From assembly GCA_964019425.1 (NCBI GenBank), contig OZ025791.1, positions 124,001-188,000 of the forward strand: a stretch of DNA of 64,000 bases, given 5' to 3'. The notes under the pieces are model-generated. The model worked only from the letters and a program-made list of their open reading frames with translations, ran no database searches and was not told the DNA's origin. Positions within the stretch are counted from its first letter, which is position 1, and each line of letters begins with the position of its first letter. Origin of the DNA: Flectonema sp. DT1601 (lineage: Eukaryota). The position numbers and the translations under genes were made by a program. Positions 34,780-46,861 of the stretch are shown piece after piece.

Positions 34780-36492
34780 TCACAACAAGTTCTTGCTCAC
34801 TGGAGTTAGAGGCTTCAATGTCCTCACAGGTCCCGACATTGAAGGGCCTGCTGACAGTGCGAGGTATTCCTGAGATGCGAAAAACTTATCAAATAGTGAT
34901 GGGAGCTGTCCCCAAGGCTGGACAGAACGCCCCTCACTTTTAATTGTTATTTTGTTTTCTGAACTCCAAACTCCCAAATGAGATGAGATTGCCTGCTGCT
35001 GCAGTTGGAATAACCTACTCGTAGAATCCTCAAGTTCATTACAAGTTAGATAAGCCTTCCCAGATGATATTAATTCTTCCTGAACTGATTTCCCTTTTAC
35101 AAGTCTGACGTCGAAAAGATCAGACTTCGTGTTCTCTCCAACTGGTGTGATGATCACTTCCTTCTGTCGTAACATTTGATTTAAAGTTCTAACTATTCCA
35201 TTGACTCCGTCGTAAACAACTCTGGCGAGTTTGATTTGAAGTTCTGACCCGTCTTCTGTTTCAATTAAAATAGTTTTACTTCCGGCTGACAACACCACTC
35301 CTTTGATTTCAATATCGTCGCTGATGTCGAGATCCATGTTCTTGCGAGGAGTCCGCGATTGTGGTCGACTCGGTTTGGGCTCTCGCTGATGAGAATCAGT
35401 TGATTTATAAAACTCACCGACGGCATCAATCCCGAGAAGTTTCTCTCTAATTGAAAGACTGTTTGCCATTTCTCGTTTTCTCTCAGTGAATGTCTCTCTC
35501 AGGTAGCCCATCGCTTGAGATTGTTTGGCGCTCAAAACTTTACCAACTTGAGAACTTCCATCTTCTTTCAGTTGGTATGAAAAATCATTTTGTGATGGAC
35601 TGTCAGGAGCTTCTTCATCGACAGACTGCAGAAGAGATCTCTGAGCCATTCTCTGACGGATACCTTCTCTTCCTTTTTTAACTTTTGTTGATATTCCCAA
35701 ACTACTTAAAGCTTCTAATTGATCTCTAACTTCACTAAATGGATCTTTTGGATCTCTCGTACTTGGATTGTGTTCTTTTAAAATGTTTAGCTTCGTCTTC
35801 AGGCCTCCCAAAACCTTTCCGCGACTTGTGGCGTCTCGTTGGGTTACAACTTTCTTTCCTGTGTCAGTCTTTTCAATTAGCTGATTGATAATTTTATTAT
35901 TATAAGCAATCAGTGACAGTGGTACAGATTCATCGTGTCCTTCTCCTTTAAGTTTTAAATATTGACCACTCTCAGACATGAAACCCTTTCGGCAGTTCTT
36001 CCAAAAGACTGCGTTCGATACCTTCACAAGTCGAGACAAGGCGACAGTTTCTCTCGGCCTGCCTTCAGATCCAACGAAAAAGGAATCACCGCGTCTCCAG
36101 ATTGTCACAACTGCAGTTTTATCATCGTAATTAGAATCAATGACTGTACCCCAACTAATGCTATCCTTGTTGTCTCTTTTATTACTTCCTTCTTTACTGT
36201 TTCCAGTTCCGTTATTGTTGTTGTCGGTGGTTGTGTTGTTTCCATTGGTGGAGTCACTGTCGTTGTTCTTCGCGTCAGTTTCTTCGACACCAATGCACTT
36301 CAACAGCGACATCATCGCACTTTCTGCGGTTGAAAAATCGATTCCTTGTTCAGCCCACGTCTTGTCTCTGATACTCTTTACAAACTTCCCACTCGACGAT
36401 GCACTCTGCGACTTGCATTTTATCATCACGAGATTTCCTCGTTTGATTTCATTGTCGAACATCATAGTCGAGCATCCCCGTGGGATAGCCAT
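34780..36492 (-). CDS. Protein with C-terminal staphylococcal-nuclease-like (OB-fold) domain, ~570 aa
   Basis: IKGVVLSAGSKTILI..QIKLARV..LRQKEVII..DVRLVKGKSVQEELISSGKAYL..LQQQAISSHLGVWS follows the SNase_c pattern. Start codon uncertain. Confidence 0.65.
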   Translation of the reverse strand: MAIPRGCSTMMFDNEIKRGNLVMIKCKSQSASSSGKFVKSIRDKTWAEQGIDFSTAESAMMSLLKCIGVEETDAKNNDSDSTNGNNTTTDNNNNGTGNSKEGSNKRDNKDSISWGTVIDSNYDDKTAVVTIWRRGDSFFVGSEGRPRETVALSRLVKVSNAVFWKNCRKGFMSESGQYLKLKGEGHDESVPLSLIAYNNKIINQLIEKTDTGKKVVTQRDATSRGKVLGGLKTKLNILKEHNPSTRDPKDPFSEVRDQLEALSSLGISTKVKKGREGIRQRMAQRSLLQSVDEEAPDSPSQNDFSYQLKEDGSSQVGKVLSAKQSQAMGYLRETFTERKREMANSLSIREKLLGIDAVGEFYKSTDSHQREPKPSRPQSRTPRKNMDLDISDDIEIKGVVLSAGSKTILIETEDGSELQIKLARVVYDGVNGIVRTLNQMLRQKEVIITPVGENTKSDLFDVRLVKGKSVQEELISSGKAYLTCNELEDSTSRLFQLQQQAISSHLGVWSSENKITIKSEGRSVQPWGQLPSLFDKFFASQEYLALSAGPSMSGPVRTLKPLTPVSKNLL

Positions 36493-36783
36493 CGGGGGGT
36501 TGTTTGTTTTAAGACATCTGAAAAAAAATAAAAACATAAACCGACAATACGAATAACATAACTACCTCTCTTCATTTATTATTATTTTCTTTCTGACTCT
36601 GTAAAAAAATAGAAATGTCAGCAACAAAGTATTTAACCGACTTAGAGTACTGAAGTGTTTTATTTGTGTAAATAACAACAAAATGTTTATAAAATAATAA
36701 TATTCGAAGTGTTCACCGTCTGTTCATAAACATGTTGAGTACGAAGTGTAAATGTTACTCAGCAGCAACTCAACAGAAGTATT

Positions 36784-39700
36784 TTATTTGATTGAAGAAG
36801 TCTTCAGTAGTGCGTCCTGTTCTCGGTTACGCGCTGACTGTTTTTTATATTCTTTCAACATCGTTGTTATGTCGATGTTTTCTTTCGGTGACAAGCTAGC
36901 AGTAGTCTCTTTATGCCAAGAAGATATATTCTCAGGAGCAGACTGAATCCTTGAAGAGTATCCTCCTCTATTTGGACCCCAATATTTAACTTCTGAAATA
37001 GCAGTTGGGGATTGATGTGCAGAGTGAGTTGGAAACTGACGGCTGACACTAACTACTTCAAATTTCTGAAGTCGAAGACGCAGCTCGCGTATCAACTGAT
37101 TTAACAAACTGTGCTCCTCATCTTGATCTCGTAATTGTTTTTGTAATGTAGCGATGACACTATCCTCTTCAGAAGTTATTTCATTTTTCATTGCAGCAGC
37201 TCGCTTTAGTAGTGCGTTGGTTTCCTCAAGGCTGCGTAGTTTCGGATCCGTCATGCGAATTTCTTCGGAAAGTCTTTTCAACTGACAGTCTCTGTCGTAC
37301 AACAACGAATCCAATTCGTTTATTTTGCGACTTGATTTTCGAGTTTGAACGGCCAACTCTTTTTGTACATCATTCGTGACTCCTTTTAGACGTTCCATTT
37401 CAATCTCACGGACGCTGATTTCCTGAGCGAGTCGAGCGAGTTCACTCTGAAGACGAGATAATTCTGTGGCTTGTTTAACGATTTGAGTTTGAAGACGTTC
37501 GTTGGTGGCTTCACTTCGTCTTAATATCTCACTCTCCTTCTCATGACTAACTACAACAGCTTCTTGGCGACTTCTCTCTTTTCTGTTGATCTCCTCCATC
37601 AGTCTCCCTAACTCTATCTCCTGCCCTTCCGAGTGATTCGCTAAAAGTTTCTTTTGTTCAGTTAGAGAGTCGATGATATCTTTAAAGTCGCTGACTTCCT
37701 TTGAGGTGTTGAACTTTCTCTTCTTCTCCTCTTCTTGCATTTCAACTATTTGTTGAAGAAGAGAACTTTTAGCGATTCGAAGTTCATTAACTTCTTTTTT
37801 AAATTGTTCATTTCGCTCTTTCACTTCTTCTACCAAAGTAGTCATGTCAACTGAGACAGCAGAACTCGTGTATCCCATTCTCTCTCTTTCGGCAATCCGT
37901 AGCCGTCTTTCGTCTTCAATTCTTCCCTTTGCTATTTCATGGTCGTGTTTTAAATTATTTAATTCCCTCTTTGTGGAACTCAATTCAGATTCGTACTCTT
38001 GCTGTGACTTCTCCATCTGTTTGAGTTGTTGGTTTTGTGTTGAAGACTACCACCACCTCTCTGATAAATAATAACAACACATACAATCTCACGATCCTTA
38101 TCAATCACTTTGTTATTCACGGCTGCTATCGATTCTTTTTCTCTTAACTTCGCACTGAGATTTTCAATAGTACCGCAGAGTGACACGCGTTGTAATTCCC
38201 ATTGGTTCTGTTTGTGTGTTTGTTGTAATTTATAAAAGTGTTGTAGTAATTGTTAATAAATATTATCAACTTATAACAAACCTTGTCCAGTTGATTTCGA
38301 GATGTGACGCTGTCGATGTCTGCGTTGTGAAGTCCGACATCTCTTTCAAGTCGAAGTCGTTCTACTCTCTCGAGACCCAATTCTTGTTCTGTCAATTTGA
38401 GAACTTTATTAATCTCACTTGTGTTGTCATCATCTTCAACACTTTTAGAATAAAGTGACGCCTGTCGCTTAGATAGTTCAAGTTCTATTTCAACGTTCTT
38501 TAATTGATGTTCTGAGTGAATTGTTTTCTTCTTCTGTTCGTGGATTTCGCGTTCGCGAGTTTCCAATCGAAGAGTGAGTTCATTCAGCACGCCTTTTATT
38601 ACATCAAGTTGAGCCTTCGCACCGGCCTGCTCAGCGTTTTGTTCGGAAATAAAATTTAAATGTTCCTCAAGTTCTATCATACGATCAACGAGTCCTTGTT
38701 TAGTCAGTTCATTAAATCCTTCCTTTCGGAGTTCTGATTCTCTCGCAAGGATCGCTTCTTCTTCGATTCGCTGAACGTTAATCTTCTCCTCCTTTAGAGT
38801 CGCATTGGACTTCGTTAACTCCTCGTTTTCTTTAATCAGTCGAAGTAGTTGAGATTTCATACTTTTCAACAGCTCGTCTTTGTCTCGCAGAAGTGTTTGG
38901 AGTTCAATTTTCGTTTCGTCGAATCCGAGATCTGTTGGAATAGTTACCAACTCCTGTTTACAACCACCCGACAGTCTGATGTCTGTTTCACTTCTTTCAG
39001 TTAAGCATCCGAATCTTTGATCGGTCATTTCCTCACCACTTTGACGATGAGTCTCCTCGTCATCGACCTGTTGATTCCCGTCGCTCAGAATGTATTTTCC
39101 GGTGTCAACATTTGAAGCCTGAGGTCTGGTGGTGTTGTCATGAAATAGAACATCGCTGTCCTTGTTTCCATCAGCAGCTGTTGAACTTCTTTTCCCATCT
39201 CCCACAAGCTCTTGTTGTGAAGAACTCCCCCTGAGCTGAGCTGCTGTCCCAACAGGATTTCCCCTTCCTGTACTGACATCGGGAGCTTCGCTCCCCTTTT
39301 GCAAATCTGAGGCATCGATAGCATCAGAGGGTGTAACGTCCCTCTTTGAAGCAACAGAAGATTCTTTTATACAAACGTTGTCGTTGCCAGGAGTGGATAC
39401 TTCACTTTTTCTTTGAGATACTTGCGGGTCGTCACCAAAATCTTGAATCGATTTCCGCTGCAGTGGCGCACTCGTCGAGTTGTTTTGATTCGACGCAATT
39501 GAAGAACGAGTCGCACCAGATGCCGGAGCCTTAGCTCCGGGAAGCATCGTACCCTCGGCAACGGGCTGGGGTGGTGCCCAAGGAACAGAATCTCTTCTCT
39601 CTCCCTGAGTGTTGTCCTGACTACTGAGAGTATGAGTGTTACTGCCGAAAGTTTCAATCTGGTTGGTATCCTCTCTGTCCGGAACGTCACCGCCACGAAT

Positions 39701-42283
39701 TTGTTTCCCAACCTGCCGAGCCTTACCCGATGCAGCTTCAGGTAAACCACTTGTCGGAGTCACAGCCCCAGGAACTGGATTGGCGTCATTGCGGAATGAA
39801 TTTACATTTGTTGCAGAAGTCCAAACTGCACTCGTTTGTTGAGTGCTCGCGAAGTGCTCATCGAAGCCTCTGACTGAGTTCCCAATTGGAGCTTCTGAAC
39901 CCTTCCGTAAATAAATATTATCGCCATCACGTTCTCCGAAGTGTTGATTTTGAGGACTCCGATCGGAGTTCCGCTGACCAGAATTGTGAAGTTCCATTTC
40001 ATGAAGTTGACTTTCCCTTTTCGTTAACTCGACTTCCAGTTCATCAATTACGGTTTCCTTTGTTGAAAGTAACTTTTCTAATAAGTTGATTCTCCCTTCC
40101 TTCTCTCTCAACACCTGCTGCTGAAGTTGAATCCGCTGGTGGCTGGCTGCGAGCTCGTTATTCAGCTCCCGAACTTCATATTCGTCGATTCGACTGCTCC
40201 GTCTCAAAGGGATTGGAGTACTGGTCAGGTCCACAGCAGCTTCTTGCAATCGCTGGACGTGTTTTTGTGACTCCGTCACCTCAACATGTGCATCGTTCAG
40301 ATCCCTCACCGCATCTCTGAGTTCAGATTCGCGATCACGAAGTCTACCCGTCACCTCTCTGATGTATTCCTCGCGACGAGAAAGCTTCCCACGTAGAGAT
40401 TCACTTTCCTTTCGAAGAGAAAGTAACTCACCAGAATCTGTTTGTTCGATTATTGTCCGAACCTCAGAAACTGGAATAGCAGCCACCTGTTGCTGCAGCT
40501 GATCAATTAACTGGAGATGTTTCTCAGCAACCATTCGATGCTGATGAATACTTTCCTCCTGAAGTCGAATTGTTTCGCATTTCTCTTCGAGATTCTGAAC
40601 TTGTAATGCGAGTGCTGTGTCTTTGTCGTCACTCAGATGTTTAATCGAATCGAATTGCGACATCATTTTTGTAACGACCGGGTCACAGAGTTGCATGTCT
40701 TGAAGTTGGAGTTTCTTTTTCTGTTCAGCCACTACTTGAGAAAGAATCTTATTCTCTTCCGATGCAATGTCGAGTGCGACGCTCCTCTTTCGAAGAGTTG
40801 CGAGTTCGTCGGGTAAGACAGCGCTGGACTCCAACTTCTGTCTGATGTTCCTCTCAACGGACAACTCTCCTCTCAGTTTGTGAATCTCTGTTGTAGCAGC
40901 CGCCTTCTTACTCAAAACCTGACATTCGCGTTGTAGCTTTTCATTCTCACTTCTGACTGTTCGAAAAGCGTCTTTCTGCTTCGAAATGTCTTTTTGCAAC
41001 TTCCGAATTCGATGATCCGCTTTTTCGTTGTCTACGTTGGCATCTTTGGCCTCTCGTTCCTTTTCCTGACGACTGTTTTCAATGAATTGATTCTTAACTT
41101 GTATTTCGTCGCGCAGTAGTTGTCTCTCAGCTTCCAGGTGGAGATTAAGTTCTTTTACTTGTTGAAGTTCCGCTGTGGTAGCAGACAGTACTTGTTCCGA
41201 CTTAGGATCAGGTTTAACTATTTCTGTAGTGGCTACTGGTTTTGTTAAAGGTTTGTGAATCTTAGGCGCCGGTTGCAAAATATTGTTCGTAATCGACTGC
41301 TGCTCCAACACACGGTGGATGTCACCCGCCTCTAACATGGTGTCGTCATCGTTTCGCAGCTCATCAAAAAAAACTCTGACCTTCCCATCACTGTCAGCTG
41401 TCCACACTCTGTTTACTAAATGTACAGCAGCTACTGACATTGATAAAATAACTCCCTTCGCGTGTTGATACTTTCGAAATGGTTCAAATGTATTGCTGCT
41501 AAATGACTGCAAGTTTCCCCTCCCATCACTTGTTAGAATTATGTGTCCAAGATCTAAAAGACCTTTTGCTGGACTATTGAAAGATTTGATTTGATGAACG
41601 CAGGACGACTTGTCGATATCCCAAATGCAAACTTTATTATCATCACCAGCAGACCAGAGATGTTCAGGATGGTGTTTTCCAAGTGTGATGCAATTAATAC
41701 TTTCTGTGTGTCGACCTAATTCACAGGCGTCCTCACCATCGATATCAGTGTGCCAGAAGAGGATAGAACCATCATATCCTCCACAATAAAGAATACTATC
41801 TGATGAACATAAAGACTTCACTCCACTCCCGTAGCGTACTGCTCTACTCCATTCTAATGTTGTTGTGTTCCAAATTGAGACGTAGAAATCAATAGACCCG
41901 CTGAACATCCATTTACCTTTTTCATACATTGTGGTAACTTGGTCTTTGTGACGTTTTTCTTCTAAAAGAGGTTTTTTTTTTACCGATCCAGCATCAAATA
42001 CTCTAATAAGACCAGTAGCGTATCCAACCCAGACTCTGTCGATGACGGAACTTTGAAGTGATGTGATCATCGGATTGGATTCATCTTTTGGGATTTTGTT
42101 TATAACAACTCCGTTCATGTCCCGCACACTACAACATCCATTCTTGTCTGCAGTCCACACAACTGAACCAACCGGTTCGATGCATCGGACAGCTGCACCA
42201 AACGCTCCGATAAAATTTAAATTTCCATTTGACTGCCAATCCTCATCTAGTTTTTCCTTTTTCGTTGTCACCGCCTTCTTCAT
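36784..42283 (-). CDS. WD40-repeat plus long coiled-coil protein, 3 exons (42283-38282, 38207-38085, 38016-36784), ~1785 aa
   Basis: WD repeats (MFSGSIDFYVSIWN, LYCGGYDGSILFW, LWSAGDDNKVCIWD). Introns 38281-38208 and 38084-38017 join ORFs 38144-42322, 37980-38186 and 36784-38016 in frame. Confidence 0.85.
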
Positions 42284-42616
42284 TTGGTACCCATCCTGTT
42301 GTTGTGTAAAAGTAAATATCAAAACACAAGTCTGTGAACGAACTGAAATTCTAATATTGATCTCCTCAAATAGAAAGTAATTTATGAAATAACAACCTGA
42401 GGAATTAATTATTATTTCACATAAAGATTAGAATTATAAATATCGAAGCGAATCAGAGCAAAAATAATTTGAATCATTTCAGTGAAATGTCAATTGTAAT
42501 TTGATCTCTCGTGACCTGTCAGAGTGATAGTAAACAGAACCTCTCTTGAGATTCACGTTGTGTGACTTCAACTGTTGTGGTGCATAATATTAAGTCCGTA
42601 ACCGTTTGGTTACGTT

Positions 42617-45122
42617 TCAATCTTTTTGTGGGAAATCTTCCAAGTTAAATCCTCCCTTAGGCGGTTTCACTGGTGTGAGAGTCTCCTCTTGCACGTCATC
42701 CATAATGTTCTGTTGCTGTTCTCCCTGAGTTAACTCTATGAGTTCTACTCGAGCTCGTACTCCTTCATAACCAGGAAGGAATGCATCCTGATTGGGTTGT
42801 TTGTTTGTTTATTAATTCATATTTCCAACAGAATCTGAGGAGAGGTCCTTCGTGTAATAAACCAACACAGCTATCAGTTAAAAACTAATTAATACATACT
42901 TTATATATTTGTGTCGGTACTAAAACAGCTTCCTTCGGCCATCGGTTTGTTTTCGCGGGCTTTCCCATCATTCCAATGTAATTGCTGCGACTAAACCAAA
43001 CACCTTCATCAGTTACTACTTGGTAGTTATATTTCATAGCTCCCTCGTTCTTTGGAAGCAGATTGACGAAAGATGCTCCCTCGATCCTCGCTGGCTTCAT
43101 TCGCTTTGTTATCTCCCGGGCGTCGTTTTCTATTTGTTCAATAGCTCCGCTGAGTTGTTGTTTTTTAGTAATCGAACTCCAACAATAATTGTAACGAATC
43201 CAATCCAATAAAGTTTAGATAACATACCTCGACATCTTCTCAATGTTCTTTAAATGTTTATCAACTGAATCAGGAGCTGGTGTTGGAGTATTGCAATATG
43301 GATCGAGGAGAACCTCCGGCAACGTCGACAACGCGATCTTCTCAACAGCTTCCATCTTCTTCCTCAAAGGAACTCCAACCTTGCCGTACGTACTCGCTAA
43401 CTTAGTAACAGCGTTTGCGACCACATTCCCAGGTTTTTCTCTCGGAAATTCAAGTTTTTCCCAAATATCCTATTTTTGTGATTGTTTTTTTTTTTTCCAC
43501 CATCAACAAGGATGTCAGCGGAGGATAATTATAATAATAAAATTATTTAAATATTAAAAGGAACATACACTTTCATGTTTACGACGGCGGGTACGCTGTC
43601 TAATTAGTTCGTTCATAGTCGGGTCTGGAGCTTTTCCTGGTTTGTACTCAGGTGTGAATTGATACATTTCAGGTTCTGGTTCTGATTTGTTATTCTCTGA
43701 CTGCTGCTTTCCAACATTCTTCTTTGATTGAATTTCTGCTGCAATTCTAACCAACTCCGGGTTTTGTAAAACATTCGTCTTTCTTCCACCAACTGATATT
43801 GTATTCTTTGAATCTCTTACCATCTTATCCTCATCAGTCATTACGGTGCCGTCTTTGTTTAGTTCTTGTCTGTGAGCGTTGTAAAGACGAGGCTCTCCAT
43901 CAGCGTAAACCTTCTTGTTGCCGAGGCTGTCAACCTTACGGACGGAGCCATTTGTGTCCAAGTCGGCTTCAACAACGTGGTCTTTGTTATATTTTACCCA
44001 AATCTTATCACAGCCATCGATCCTCTCGTTATCTTGTTCTATTGCCATGTGTCGAATACTACTACCTCCAGGTAGTCTCTCATAAATAGGTTTTGGAGGA
44101 AGGTAAGGAGTCTTTTCAGGAACTCCGTAGAATGCCGGAGGTGCATAGATGTCAGCGAGTAGCGGGTCGATAACGAGGGGTTCAGACTCGTCAAATATTT
44201 CTGACGAGGGGGACACATCGGAAGGTGAGGTGGTAGAGATGGTTGTGGCTGCTGACGGAATAATGTCATCAACAGCAGCTTCTTCAACTGCAGCTTCTTC
44301 AACAGCAGCTTCTTCAACTGCAGCTTCTTCAACTGCAGCTTCTTCAACTGCAGCTTCTTCAACTGCTGTAGTTGTGGTTGTCGTTGTAGTTGTGGTCACT
44401 TCAGAATCTGAAGGAGCTTCTGCTCCTTGTTTTGATCCCGCAAGTTGTTTAGCATCGTCAGGCTTCGTAATATAAACCGTCTCAACGTCTTGCCTTGGAA
44501 GAAGGTGTGCGTTCTCTTTGACGATGGATTCTAATGTTTTCAAACTTCCATTTTCATCTAACAGTCCACTAGATTGTAAGTCATCGACTAACATTGCACG
44601 TGTTAAGTCAGGACTCATCCAGGCTTCCCTTTTGTAAAGAGGAATCTTTCTTAATTCTTGTTCTGCAACATCTCTATACTTACGATGTGCTCTATGAGTG
44701 TCACCAAGTCGTTCCCGAAGGTCATCAATCTTACGACAGAGAACTGGAATAACTCTTCTCATGAACATGGGATCACCTTGATGCCAATACTCTCTGGGGC
44801 CGTATGCCATTTCCATCATTTTAAGATAGTCAACTCGCGGTTTCTCACCTGGATTCTCTGCCTTACGAGTTCGGATTTTGTAACGAGACTCCGTTAGCAG
44901 TCCAATTGCTTGTTCTCCAGACAACCACGAAAGTGAATCTTCGTCTTCTTCACTATTCTCTTTTCTTACTTTCTCAGCCCAGCTTCTGTCTACCTCTTCA
45001 CTCATGGGTTTCTGACTTTGATATTCGTAGTTTTCATTCGCTTGATTACCTTCTGAAGAATGCAACCTCTTCTGAAGTCGCATACCTGTCGACCGCGCGA
45101 CTCTTCTGATTAGGGGATTCAT
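42617..45122 (-). CDS. Hypothetical, probably mitochondrion-targeted protein, 4 exons (45122-43569, 43469-43228, 43149-42900, 42787-42617), ~738 aa
   Basis: Arg-rich, acid-free N-terminus MNPLIRRVARSTGMRLQKRLHSS. Three GTATGT introns link four ORF pieces in frame. Internal poly-Thr and (VEEAA)6. Confidence 0.7.
44268..44400 (-). repeat. Coding 15-bp repeat (VEEAA x6) plus Thr run
   Basis: aac(a/t)gcagcttcttc units repeated six times. Confidence 0.9.
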
Positions 45123-45553
45123 ATTACTCCCCCCTTTTTGATACTTTTGGAAATAATAATTAAGATACTCTTTAGTAATTATAAAGATCTCAATTACTCT
45201 AATTCAGTAGATTACTTGGTACTCAATTGGGGGGTCGTAGCTGACTGAAAGGAGGAAAATAAAATAACACTTTCTTCACTAAATAACAAACACCTCATCT
45301 TACCATCTGTAAGAACAAGAATCAGGTGGAGAGCGACTCCAATTGTACAGCCCACGGGAATAAAACAGTTTCGAAACTGTTTCATTTAAAATAATAAAAA
45401 GTATTTTTTTTAAAGTCGCTTGTTTGACGCGAATGAAAGGCTCAGTAGTGTCTTTCACAACCTTTTGTAGTTGTCGCAGTCCGGGTTAGCGAGTGACTGC
45501 GAATAGCAGCGAGTAGCTCTCAGTCAGAAGATCATCTGCAGATGGAAATTATT

Positions 45554-46609
45554 TTATTTAGAAAGTCTTTCATTTCTCTGCAACACGTGACTCTTAAATT
45601 CGATTTCGTAAACTGTTTCACGTGATGATGCTCCTCCTTCAGTACTTTTATTGTGTGCCGTCACCTCTGCTGGGAATTCTGCTCCGTCTAATATACCAGC
45701 GAGAATACCAGCAACGAAAGCACTGCTACTCAAGTTTTTATATTCTGGAGGGTTGCACACATAGTGGCATACAACTGGGTCGGAATCCGTGATAAGATAA
45801 ACGTCGTTTGGCTGTTTTGTTTTTGTTTTTTTTCCCTTTTTCATTGTTGCATTCCACCACTTCGAAGCAACCCATCATTATTGAACATTAGTTTAGTGTC
45901 AGTAATAACACAGTGTCAGTAATAACACAGTGTCAGTAATAACACAGTGTCAGTAATAACACAGTGTCAGTAATAACACACTGAAGATATTATATTGTTC
46001 TGCTGTTTCACATAACGCTGTGGTTCAGGATCCTCAATCTTCCTTTAAAACTACTCGTTCCTTTTTAACTTTCAGTAAGTTTTGGGGGACTTCATTCCAA
46101 ATTAGTTTCAAACGTATTTCTTATCGTAAGAACTCAATTATTAATTAACAACGAGAGTAATATTTAGAAAACAACAGCAACACAAACCTGGTCTTTATCA
46201 GCTGCGACCTTTACAAGACCGTCGGCCTGTTTTCCAAAAAGTGTTTTCCACACTTGCTGCTGAATGAAAGTAAGAAACTGTTTTGATTTGATAAGGTGAC
46301 CATTCTCTGCAGAACGTTCCTTTAATTATTCAACACTTGAAATAAATAAATAAAAACACAAACTCTAATTAAATCAGTTTCCCTTGAGTCTTTCTCTTTT
46401 CCTCTATAAACTGTTAATTCTAAAACACGAGTACCAACTCGGTAGCCAATTCGATGTAGTCGACTCTCCCAAACATTAAGAGAATCTGCCGGTGAAGGAG
46501 TTACCTTTGTGTACTGAACCATCTCTGAAAACATAAACGCAAATGCAGATCGCGACACATCTGACTTTCCCTTCGGAATCGGTCTCTCCAGGAGCTTTGC
46601 GTTCTTCAT
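45554..46609 (-). CDS. TRAPPC5: TRAPP complex subunit 5 (Trs31), 3 exons (46609-46364, 46277-46188, 45811-45554), ~197 aa
   Basis: VSRSAFAFMFSEMVQY..ESRLHRIGYRVGTRVLEL..|FLTFIQQQVWKTLFGKQADGL..|..YLITDSDPVV..AFVAGILAGILDGAEFPAEVTAH..TVYEIEF. Confidence 0.93.
45895..45980. repeat. Intronic minisatellite, 5 x 17 bp (agtgtcagtaataacac)
   Basis: Identical units at 45895, 45912, 45929, 45946 and 45963 inside TRAPPC5 intron 2. Confidence 0.95.
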
Positions 46610-46861
46610 TGTTGCTCAGCTCCTATAAAAGAAAATAAATAATACAGAAAGAAGAGTCATGAAGACTATTGCTCATATTTTTGTTATTGTTGCTGCTGAT
46701 TTAATGAACTTTAATACACACAAACTGACCATTACAATACAGAAGGCAGACTCTAGTGTGCCAAGTGTCGTAATATTGATTTCAAAGATAAGCTTTAGGG
46801 AACTAGTTAACGACGTCAACACAACCCAAATTAATAAAATCATCAGATCTTTATTTGATAA

